From the NCBI RefSeq assembly GCF_964355755.1, contig NC_092680.1, positions 11,656,001 to 11,720,000 on the forward strand: 64,000 nucleotides of DNA, given 5' to 3'. The position numbers and the translations under genes are program-made. This DNA is from Antedon mediterranea (Eukaryota > Animalia > Echinodermata). Positions 1 to 11,200 of the stretch are shown here, in pieces. Position 1 is the stretch's first letter; each line of letters starts with the position of its first letter. The notes under the pieces are model-generated. The model made no database searches and had not been told where the DNA came from. It worked only from the letters and a program-made list of their open reading frames with translations.

Positions 1-251
1 GAAAATCACAACATGGTCTAAAACGTCTCCAAATGCGATTTGAAGCTTTTCTGTACACTTTGATGTTTTGTTTGAAAAAGTTTTGTCGAAATTTTCAAAA
101 TGGTCTAAAACGTTTTTAAATACGATATTAAGCTGTTTTGTGCACTTTGATGATTTGTGTGAAAAGTTTTAACGAAATGCTCAAAATGGTCTAAAACGGT
201 TTCTAATGTGATTTTAAGCACTTTGATGTTTTTGTGTAACCAAGTTTTTTC

Positions 252-339
252 GAAAATCACAAAATAGTCTAAAACGTCTCCAAATGCGATTTGAAGCTTT
301 TCTAAGCACTTTGGTGTTTTTATGTTAACAAGTTTTTTC
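252..339 (+). repeat. Representative type-A monomer (88 bp)
   Basis: GAAAATCACAAAAT(G/A)GTCTAAAACGTCTCCAAATGCGATTTGAAGCTTTTCTAAGCACTTTGGTGTTTTTATGTTAACAAGTTTTTTC. Diagnostic strings for the other types: B GA(A/G)GATATTCTGAGC 88 bp; C GCT(A/C)TTCTGTACAC 87; D GCTGTTTTGTGCAC 86; E CGGTTTCTAATGTGATTTTAAGCAC 78; F GTGATCTTTG 87; G TTTAAAACGATATT...GTGCTC 87; H CTATTG(T/G)GATTTT 78; I GAAATGTAC...AAGTACT 88; J CGGTTTCTAATGCG...TTTTCTC 87; K TATATACCATA 86. Confidence 0.95.
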
Positions 340-688
340 GAAAATCACAAAATGGTCTAAAACGTCTCCAAATGCGATTTGAGGATATTCTGAGCACTTT
401 GGTGTTTTTTTGTTAAAAAGTTTTTTCGAAAATCACAAAATGGTCTAAAACGTCTCCAAATGCGATTTGAAGCTATTCTGTACACTTTGATGTTTTGTGT
501 GAAAAAGTTTTGTCGAAATGCTCAAAATGGTCTAAAACGTTTTTAAATACGATATTAAGCTATTTTGTGATCTTTGATGTTTTTGTGTGAAAAGTTTTAT
601 CGAAATGCTCAAAATGGTCTAAAACGTTTTTAAAACGATATTAAGCTATTTTGTGCTCTTTGATGTTTTTGTGTAACCAAGTTTCATC

Positions 689-1468
689 GAAAATCACAAA
701 ATGGTCTAAAACGTCGCCAAATGCGATTTGAAGCTTTTCTAAGCACTTTGGTGTTTTTATGTTAACAAGTTTTTTCGAAAATCACGAAATGGTCTAAAAT
801 ATCTCCAAATGCGATTTGAAGATATTCTGAGCACTTTGGTGTTTTTATGTTAAAAAGTTTTTTCGAAAATCACAAAATGGTCTAAAACGTCTCCAAACGC
901 GATTTGAAGCTCTTCTGTACACTTTGATGTTTTGTGTGAAAAAGTTTTGTCGAAATTCTCAAAATGGTCTAAAACGTTTTTAAATACGATATTAAGCTGT
1001 TTTGTGCACTTTGATGATTTGTGTGAAAAGTTTTAACGAAATGCTCAAAATGGTCAAAAACGGTTTCTAATGTGATTTTAAGCACTTTGATGTTTTTGTG
1101 TAACCAAGTTTTTTCAAAAATCACAAAATGGTCTAAAACGTCTCCAAATGCGATTTGAAGCTTTTCTAAGCACTTTGGTGTTTTTATGTTAACAAGTTTT
1201 TTCGAAAATCACAAAATGGTCTAAAACGTCTCCAAATGCGATTTGAAGATATTCTGAGCACTTTGGTGTTTTTATGTTAAAAAGTTTTTTCGAAAATCAC
1301 AAAATAGTCTAAAACGTCTCCAAATGCGATTTGAAGCTATTCTGTACACTTTGATGTTTTGTGTGAAAAAGTTTTGTCGAAATGCTCAAAATGGTCTAAA
1401 ACGTTTTTAAAACGATATTATTAAGCTATTTTGTGCTCTTTGATGTTTTTGTGTAACCAAGTTTCATC
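689..1468 (+). repeat. 9-mer higher-order unit ABCDE+ABCG (427+350 bp, plus a 3 bp TAT insertion = 780 bp)
   Basis: The lines starting at 661 and 1441 are near-identical (offset 780). Summed monomer lengths give 777, and the GATATTATTAAG insertion near 1414-1425 adds 3. Confidence 0.88.
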
Positions 1469-4400
1469 GAAAATCACAAAATGGTCTAAAACGTCTCAAA
1501 ATGCGATTTGAAGCTTTTCTAAGCACTTTGGTGTTTTTATCTTAACAAGTTTTTTCGAAAATCACGAAATGGTCTAAAATGTCTCCAAATGCGATTTGAA
1601 GATATTCTGAGCACTTTGGTGTTTTTATGTTAACAAGTTTTTTCGAAAATCACAAAATGGTCTAAAACGTCTCCAAATGCGATTTGAAGCTCTTCTGTAC
1701 ACTTAGATGTTTTGTGTGAAAAAGTTTTGTCGAAATGCTCAAAATGGTCTAAAACGTTTTTAAATACGATATTAAGCTGTTTTGTGCACTTTGATGATTT
1801 GTGTGAAAAGTTTTAACGAAATGCTCAAAATGGTCTAAAACGGTTTCTAATGTGATTTTAAGCACTTTGATGTTTTTGTGTAACCAAGTTTTTTCGAAAA
1901 TCACAAAATAGTCTAAAACGTCTCCAAATGCGATTTGATGCTTTTCTAAGCACTTTGGTGTTTTTATGTTAACAAGTTTTTTCGAAAATCACAAAATGGT
2001 CTAAAACGTCTCCAAATGCGATTTGAGGATATTCTGAGCACTTTGGTGTTTTTTTGTTAAAAAGTTTTTTCGAAAATCACAAAATGGTCTAAAACGTCTC
2101 CAAATGCGATTTGAAGCTATTCTGTACACTTTGATGTTTTGTGTGAAAAAGTTTTGTCGAAATGCTCAAAATGGTCTAAAACGTTTTTAAATACGATATT
2201 AAGCTATTTTGTGATCTTTGATGTTTTTGTGTGAAAAGTTTTATCGAAATGCTCAAAATGGTCTAAAACGGTTTCTATTGTGATTTTGAGCACTTTGATG
2301 ATTTTGTGTAACCAAGTTTCATCGAAATGTACAAAATGGTCTAAAACGTCTCCAAATGCGATTTGAAGCTATTCTAAGTACTTTTGTGTTTTTATGTTAA
2401 CAAGTTTTTTCGAAAATCACAAAATGGTCTAAAACGTCTCAAAATGCGATTTGAAGCTATTCTGTACACTTTGATGTTTTGTGTGAAAAAGTTTTGTCGA
2501 AATGCTCAAAATGGTCTAAAACGTTTTTAAAACGATATTAAGCTATTTTGTGCTCTTTGATGTTTTTGTGTAACCAAGTTTCATCGAAATCAACAAAATG
2601 GTCTAATACGTCTCCAAATGCGATTTGAAGCTTTTCCAAGCTTTTTGCTGTTTTTATGTTAAGTTTTTTCGAAAATCACAAAATGGTCTAAAACGTCTTC
2701 AAATGCGATTTGAAGCTATTCTGTACACTTTGATGTTTTGTGTGAAAAAGTTTTGTCGAAATGCTCAAAATGGTCTAAAACGTTTTTAAATACGATATTA
2801 AGCTATTTTGTGATCTTTGATGTTTTTGTGTGAAAAGTTTTATCAAAATGCTCAAAATGGTCTGAAACGGTTTCTAATGCGATTTGAAGCTATTCTGTAC
2901 ACTTTGAAGTTTTGTGTGAAAAAGTTTTCTCGAAATGCTCAAAATGGTCTAAAACGTTTTTATATACCATATTAAGCTATTTTGTGCACTTTGATGTTTT
3001 TTTTGAAAAGTTTTATCGAAATGCTCAAAATGGTCTAAAACGGTTTCTATTGGGATTTTAAGCACTTTGATGATTTTGTGTAACCAAGTTTCATCGAAAA
3101 TCACAAAATGGTCTAAAACGTCTCCAAATGCGATTTGAAGCTTTTCTAAGCACTTTTGTGTTTTTATGTTAACAAGTTTTTTCGAAAATCACAAAATGGT
3201 CTAAAACGTCTTCAAATGCGATTTGAAGCTATTCTGTACACTTTTATGTTTTGTGTGAAAAAGTTTTGTCGAAATTCTCAAAATGGTCTAAAACGTTTTT
3301 AAATACGATATTAAGCTGTTTTGTGCACTTTGATGATTTGTGTGAAAAGTTTTAACGAAATGCTCAAAATGGTCTAAAACGGTTTCTAATGTTATTTTAA
3401 GCACTTTGATGTTTTTGTGTAACCAAGTTTTTTCGAAAATCACAAAATAGTCTAAAACGTCTCCAAATGCGATTTGAAGCTTTTCTAAGCACTTTGGTGT
3501 TTTTATGTTAACAAGTTTTTTCGAAAATCACAAAATGGTCTAAAACGTCTCCAAATGCGATTTGAGGATATTCTGAGCACTTTGGTGTTTTTTTGTTAAA
3601 AAGTTTTTTAAAAAATCACAAAATGGTCTAAAACGTCTCCAAATGCGATTTGAAGCTATTCTGTACACTTTGATGTTTTGTGTGAAAAAGTTTTGTCGAA
3701 ATGCTCAAAATGGTCTAAAACGTTTTTAAAACGATATTAAGCTATTTTGTGCTCTTTGATGTTTTTGTGTAACCAAGTTTCATCGAAAATCACAAAATGG
3801 TCTAAAACGTCTCAAAATGCGATTTGAAGCTTTTCTAAGCACTTTGGTGTTTTTATGTTAACAAGTTTTTTCGAAAATCACGAAATGGTCTAAAATGTCT
3901 CCAAATGCGATTTGAAGATATTCTGAGCACTTTGGTGTTTTTATGTTAAAAAGTTTTTTCGAAAATCACAAAATGGTCTAAAACGTCTCCAAATGCGATT
4001 TGAAGCTCTTCTGTACACTTTGATGTTTTGTGTGAAAAAGTTTTGTCGAAATGCTCAAAATGGTCTAAAACGTTTTTAAATACGATATTAAGCTGTTTTG
4101 TGCACTTTGATGATTTGTGTGAAAAGTTTTAACGAAATGCTCAAAATGGTCTAAAACGGTTTCTAATGTGATTTTAAGCACTTTGATGTTTTTGTGTAAC
4201 CAAGTTTTTTCGAAAATCACAAAATAGTCTAAAACGTCTCCAAATGCGATTTGAAGCTTTTCTAAGCCCTTTGGTGTTTTTATGTTAACAAGTTTTTTCG
4301 AAAATCACAAAATGGTCTAAAACGTCTCCAAATGCGATTTGAGGATATTCTGAGCACTTTGGTGTTTTTTTGTTAAAAAGTTTTTTCGAAAATCACAAAA

Positions 4401-5413
4401 TGGTCTAAAACGTCTCCAAATGCGATTTGAAGCTATTCTGTACACTTTGATGTTTTGTGTGAAAAAGTTTTGTCGAAATGCTCAAAATGGTCTAAAACGT
4501 TTTTAAATACGATATTAGGCTATTTTGTGATCTTTGATGTTTTTGTGTGAAAAGTTTTATCGAAATGCTCAAAATGGTCTAAAACGGTTTCTAATGCGAT
4601 TTGAAGCTATTCTGTACACTTTGAAGTTTTGTGTGAAAAAGTTTTCTCGAAATTCTCAAAATGGTCTAAAACGTTTTTATATACCATATTAAGCTATTTT
4701 GTGCACTTTGATGTTTTTTGTGAAAAGTTTTATCGAAATTCTCAAAATGGTCTAAAACGGTTTCTATTGTGATTTTAAGCACTTTGATGATTTTGTGTAA
4801 CCAAGTTTCATCGAAATGTACAAAATGGTCTAAAACGTCTCCAAATGCGATTTGAAGCTATTCTAAGTACTTTTGTGTTTTTATGTTAACAAGTTTTTTC
4901 GAAAATCACAAAATGGTCTAAAACGTCTTCAAATGCGATTTGAAGCTATTCTGTACACTTTGATGTTTTGTGTGAAAAAGTTTTGTCGAAATGCTCAAAA
5001 TGGTCTAAAACGTTTTTAAAACGATATTAAGCTATTTTGTGCTCTTTGATGTTTTTGTGTAACCAAGTTTCATCGAAAATCACAAAATGGTCTAAAACGT
5101 CTCCAAATGCGATTTGAAGCTTTTCTAAGCACTTTGGTGTTTTTATGTTAACAAGTTTTTTCGAAAATCACAAAATGGTCTAAAACGTCTCCAAATGCGA
5201 TTTGAAGCTCTTCTGTACACTTTGATGTTTTGTGGGAAAAAGTTTTGTCGAAATTCTCAAAATGGTCTAAAACGTTTTTAAATACGATATTAAGCTGTTT
5301 TGTGCACTTTGATGATTTGTGTGAAAAGTTTTAACGAAATGCTCAAAATGGTCAAAAACGGTTTCTAATGTGATTTTAAGCACTTTGATGTTTTTGTGTA
5401 ACCAAGTTTTTTC

Positions 5414-8261
5414 GAAAATCACAAAATAGTCTAAAACGTCTCCAAATGCGATTTGAAGCTATTCTGTACACTTTGATGTTTTGTGTGAAAAAGTTTTGTC
5501 GAAATGCTCAAAATGGTCTAAAACGTTTTTAAATACGATATTAAGCTATTTTGTGATCTTTGATGTTTTTGTGTGAAAAGTTTTATCGAAATGCTCAAAA
5601 TGGTCTAAAACGTTTTTAAAACGATATTAAGCTATTTTGTGCTCTTTGATGTTTTTGTGTAACCAAGTTTCATCGAAAATCACAAAATCGTCTAAAACGT
5701 CGCCAAATGCGATTTGAAGCTTTTCTAAGCACTTTGGTGTTTTTATTTTAACAAGTTTTTTCGAAAATCACGAAATGGTCTAAAATATCTCCAAATGCGA
5801 TTTGAAGATATTCTGAGCACTTTGGTGTTTTTATGTTAAAAAGTTTTTTCGAAAATCACAAAATGGTCTAAAACGTCTCCAAACGCGATTTGAAGCTCTT
5901 CTGTACACTTTGATGTTTTGTGTGAAAAAGTTTTGTCGAAATTCTCAAAATGGTCTAAAAGGTTTTTAAATACGATATTAAGCTGTTTTGTGCACTTTGA
6001 TGATTTGTGTGAAAAGTTTTAACGAAATGCTCAAAATGGTCAAAAACGGTTTCTAATGTGATTTTAAGCACTTTGATGTTTTTGTGTAACCAAGTTTTTT
6101 CAAAAATCACAAATTGGTCTAAAACGTCTCCAAATGCGATTTGAAGCTTTTCTAAGCACTTTGGTGTTTTTATGTTAACAAGTTTTTTCGAAAATCACAA
6201 AATGGTCTAAAACGTCTCCAAATGCGATTTGAAGATATTCTGAGCACTTTGGTGTTTTTATGTTAAAAAGTTTTTTCGAAAATCACAAAATAGTCTAAAA
6301 CGTCTCCAAATGCGATTTGAAGCTATTCTGTACACTTTGATGTTTTGTGTGAAAAAGTTTTGTCGAAATGCTCAAAATGGTCTAAAACGTTTTTAAAACG
6401 ATTTTATTAAGCTATTTTGTGCTCTTTGATTTTTTTGTGTAACCAAGTTTCATCGAAAATCACAAAATGGTCTAAAACGTCTCAAAATGCGATTTGAAGC
6501 TTTTCTAAGCACTTTGGTGTTTTTATCTTAACAAGTTTTTTCGAAAATCACGAAATGGTCTAAAATGTCTCCAAATGCGATTTGAAGATATTCTGAGCAC
6601 TTTGGTGTTTTTATGTTAAAAAGTTTTTTCGAAAATCACAAAATGGTCTAAAACGTCTCCAAATGCGATTTGAAGCTCTTCTGTACACTTTGATGTTTTG
6701 TGTGAAAAAGTTTTGTCGAAATGCTCAAAATGGTCTAAAACGTTTTTAAATACGATATTAAGCTGTTTTGTGCACTTTGATGATTTGTGTGAAAAGTTTT
6801 AACGAAATGCTCAAAATGGTCTAAAACGGTTTCTAATGTGATTTTAAGCACTTTGATGTTTTTGTGTAACCAAGTTTTTTCGAAAATCACAAAATAGTCT
6901 AAAACGTCTCCAAATGCGATTTGAAGCTTTTCTAAGCACTTTGGTGTTTTTATGTTAACAAGTTTTTTCGAAAATCACAAAATGGTCTAAAACGTCTCCA
7001 AATGCGATTTGAGGATATTCTGAGCACTTTGGAGTTTTTTTGTTAAAAAGTTTTTTCGAAAATCACAAAATGGTCTAAAACGTCTCCAAATGCGATTTGA
7101 AGCTATTCTGTACACTTTGATGTTTTGTGTGAAAAAGTTTTGTCGAAATGCTCAAAATGGTCTAAAACGTTTTTAAATACGATATTAAGCTATTTTGTGA
7201 TCTTTGATGTTTTTGTGTGAAAAGTTTTATCGAAATGCTCAAAATGGTCTAAAACGGTTTCTATTGTGATTTTAAGCACTTTGATGATTTTGTGTAACCA
7301 AGTTTCATCGAAATGTACAAAATGGTCTAAAACGTCTCCAAATGCGATTTGAAGCTATTCTAAATACTTTTGTGTTTTTATGTTAACAAGTTTTTTCGAA
7401 AATCACAAAATGGTCTAAAACGTCTCAAAATGCGATTTGAAGCTATTCTGTACACTTTGATGTTTTGTGTGAAAAAGTTTTGTCGAAATGCTCAAAATGG
7501 TCTAAAACGTTTTTAAAACGATATTAAGCTATTTTGTGCTCTTTGATGTTTTTGTGTAACCAAGTTTCATCGAAATCAACAAAATGGTCTAATACGTCTC
7601 CAAATGCGATTTGAAGCTTTTCCAAGCTTTTTGCTGTTTTTATGTTAAGTTTTTTCGAAAATCACAAAATGGTCTAAAACGTCTTCAAATGCGATTTGAA
7701 GCTATTCTGTACACTTTGATGTTTTGTGTGAAAAAGTTTTGTCGAAATGCTCAAAATGGTCTAAAACGTTTTTAAATACGATATTAAGCTATTTTGTGAT
7801 CTTTGATGTTTTTGTGTGAAAAGTTTTATCAAAATGCTCAAAATGGTCTGAAACGGTTTCTAATGCGATTTGAAGCTATTCTGTACACTTTGAAGTTTTG
7901 TGTGAAAAAGTTTTCTCGAAATGCTCAAAATGGTCTAAAACGTTTTTATATACCATATTAAGCTATTTTGTGCACTTTGATGTTTTTTTTTAAAAGTTTT
8001 ATCGAAATGCTCAAAATGGTCTAAAACGGTTTCTATTGGGATTTTAAGCACTTTGATGATTTTGTGTAACCAAGTTTCATCGAAAATCACAAAATGGTCT
8101 AAAACGTCTCCAAATGCGATTTGAAGCTTTTCTAAGCACTTTTGTGTTTTTATGTTAACAAGTTTTTTCGAAAATCACAAAATGGTCTAAAACGTCTTCA
8201 AATGCGATTTGAAGCTATTCTGTACACTTTTATGTTTTGTGTGAAAAAGTTTTGTCGAAAT
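5414..8261 (+). repeat. About 2.85 kb block duplicating about 428-3275 (offset 4986)
   Basis: ACGTCGCC 711/5697, CAACAAAA 2591/7577 and CTTTTTGCTG 2641/7627 all sit at offset 4986. Confidence 0.85.
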
Positions 8262-11200
8262 GCTCAAAATGGTCTAAAACGTTTTTAAAACGATATTAAG
8301 CTATTTTGTGCTCTTTGATGTTTTTGTGTAACCAAGTTTCATCGAAAATCACAAAATGGTCTAAAACGTCTCCAAATGCGATTTGAAGCTTTTCTAAGCA
8401 CTTTGGTGTTTTTATGTTAACAAGTTTTTTCGAAAATCACAAAATGGTCTAAAACGTCTCCAAATGCGATTTGAAGCTCTTCTGTACACTTTGATGTTTT
8501 GTGGGAAAAAGTTTTGTCGAAATTCTCAAAATGGTCTAAAACGTTTTTAAATACGATATTAAGCTGTTTTGTGCACTTTGATGATTTGTGTGAAAAGTTT
8601 TAACGAAATGCTCAAAATGGTCAAAAACGGTTTCTAATGTGATTTTAAGCACTTTGATGTTTTTGTGTAACCAAGTTTTTTCGAAAATCACAAAATGGTC
8701 TAAAACGTCTCCAAATGCGATTTGAAGCTATTCTGTACACTTTGATGTTTTGTGTGAAAAAGTTTTGTCGAAATGCTCAAAATGGTCTAAAACGTTTTTA
8801 AATACGATATTAAGCTATTTTGTGATCTTTGATGTTTTTGTGTGAAAAGTTTTATCGAAATGCTCAAAATGGTCTAAAACGTTTTTAAAACGATATTAAG
8901 CTATTTTGTGCTCTTTGATGTTTTTGTGTAACCAAGTTTCAACGAAAATCACAAAATGGTCTAAAACGTCTCCAAATGCGATTTGAAGCTTTTCTAAGCA
9001 CTTTGGTGTTTTTATGTTAACAAGTTTTTTCGAAAATCACAAAATGGTCTAAAACGTCTCCAAATGCGATTTGAAGCTCTTCTGTACACTTTGATGTTTT
9101 GTGTGAAAAAGTTTTGTCGAAATTCTCAAAATGGTCTAAAAGGTTTTTAAATACGATATTAAGCTGTTTTGTGCACTTTGATGATTTGTGTGAAAAGTTT
9201 TAACGAAATGCTCAAAATGGTCTAAAACGGTTTCTAATGTGATTTTAAGCACTTTGATGTTTTTGTGTAACCAAGTTTTTTCGAAAATCACAAAATGGTC
9301 TAATACGTCTCCAAATGCGATTTGAAGCTTTTCCAAGCACTTTGCTGTTTTTATGTTAAGTTTTTTCGAAAATCACAAAATGGTCTAAAACGTCTTCAAA
9401 TGCGATTTGAAGCTATTCTGTACACTTTGATGTTTTGTGTGAAAAAGTTGTGTCGAAATGCTCAAAATGGTCTAAAACGTTTTTAAATACGATATTAAGC
9501 TATTTTGTGATCTTTGATGTTTTTGTGTGAAAAGTTTTATCAAAATGCTCAAAATGGTCTGAAACGGTTTCTAATGCGATTTGAAGCTATTCTGTACACT
9601 TTGAAGTTTTGTGTGAAAAAGTTTTCTCGAAATGCTCAAAATGGTCTAAAACGTTTTTATATACCATATTAAGCTATTTTGTGCACTTTGATGTTTTTTT
9701 TGAAAAGTTTTATCGAAATGCTCAAAATGGTCTAAAACGGTTTCTATTGGGATTTTAAGCACTTTGATGATTTTGTGTAACCAAGTTTCATCGAAATGTA
9801 CAAAATGGTCTAAAACGTCTCCAAATGCGATTTGAAGCTATTCTAAGTACTTTTGTGTTTTTATGTTAACAAGTTTTTTCGAAAATCACAAAATGGTCTA
9901 AAACGTCTTCAAATGCGATTTGAAGCTATTCTGTACACTTTGATGTTTTGTGTGAAAAAGTTTTGTCGAAATGCTCAAAATGGTCAAAAACGGTTTCTAA
10001 TGTGATTTTAAGCACTTTGATGTTTTTGTGTAACCAAGTTTTTTAAAAAATCACAAAATGGTCTAAAACGTCTCCAAATGCGATTTGAAGCTTTTCTAAG
10101 CACTTTGGTGTTTTTATGTTAACAAGTTTTTTCGAAAATCACAAAATGGTCTAAAACGTCTATAAATGCGATTTGAAGATATTCTGAGCACTTTGGTGTT
10201 TTTATGTTAAAAAGTTTTTTCGAAAATCACAAAATAGTCTAAAACGTCTCAAAATGCGATTTGAAGCTATTCTGTACACTTTGATGTTTTGTGTGAAAAA
10301 GTTTTGTCGAAATGCTCAAAATGGTCTAAAACGTTTTTAAAACGATATTAAGCTATTTTGTGCTCTTTGATGTTTTTGTGTAACCAAGTTTCATCGAAAA
10401 TCACAAAATGGTCTAAAACATCTCCAAATGCGATTTGAAGCTTTTCTAAGCACTTTGGTGTTTTTATGTTAACAAGTTTTTTCGAAAATCACGAAATGGT
10501 CTAAAATGTCTCCAAAAGCGATTTGAAGATATTCTGAGCACTTTGGTGTTTTTATGTTAAAACGTTTTTTCGAAAATCAAAAAATGGTCTAAAACGTTTT
10601 TAAATACGATATTAAGCTATTTTGTGATCTTTGATGTTTTTGTGTGAAAAGTTTTATCGAAATGCTCAAAATGGTCTAAAACGGTTTCTAATGCGATTTG
10701 AAGCTATTCTGTACACTTTGAAGTTTTTTGTGAAAAAGTTTTCTCGAAATGCTCAAAATGGTCTAAAACGTTTTTATATACCATATTAAGCTATTTTGTG
10801 CACTTTGATGTTTTTTGTGAAAAGTTTTATCAAAATTCTCAAAATGGTCTAAAACGGTTTCTATTGTGATTTTAAGCACTTTGATGATTTTGTGTAACCA
10901 AGTTTCATCGAAATGTACAAAATGGTCTAAAACGTCTCCAAATGCGATTTGAAGCTATTCTAAGTACTTTTGTGTTTTTATGTTAACAAGTTTTTTCGAA
11001 AATCACGAAATGGTCTAAAATGTCTCCAAATGCGATTTGAAGATATTCTGAGCACTTTGGTGTTTTTATGTTAAAAAGTTTTTTCGAAAATCACAAAATA
11101 GTCTAAAACGTCTCCAAATGCGATTTGAAGCTATTCTGTACACTTTGATGTTTTGTGTGAAAAAGTTTTGTCGAAATGCTCAAAATGGTCTAAAACGTTT

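Noticed and set aside
325-350. T-runs and short palindromes as intrinsic terminators or bacterial promoters
   Set aside because: There are no GC-rich stems and no genes. The motifs are just part of every satellite monomer.
773-789. CENP-B-box-like string TTTCGAAAATCACGAAA
   Set aside because: TTCG and the second CG have the right spacing, but only 6 of the 9 essential positions of NTTCGNNNNANNCGGGN match. It occurs only in a subset of B monomers.
9136-9336. 66-aa minus-strand ORF repeated at 9136, 20570, 26677, 31057, 57010 and 60963, with a 79-aa variant at 46780
   Set aside because: It is a chance reading frame across D-E-A monomers with a non-ATG start. It recurs only because the block is duplicated. 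The 79-aa form comes from a 1-bp T-run deletion. No recognisable domain.
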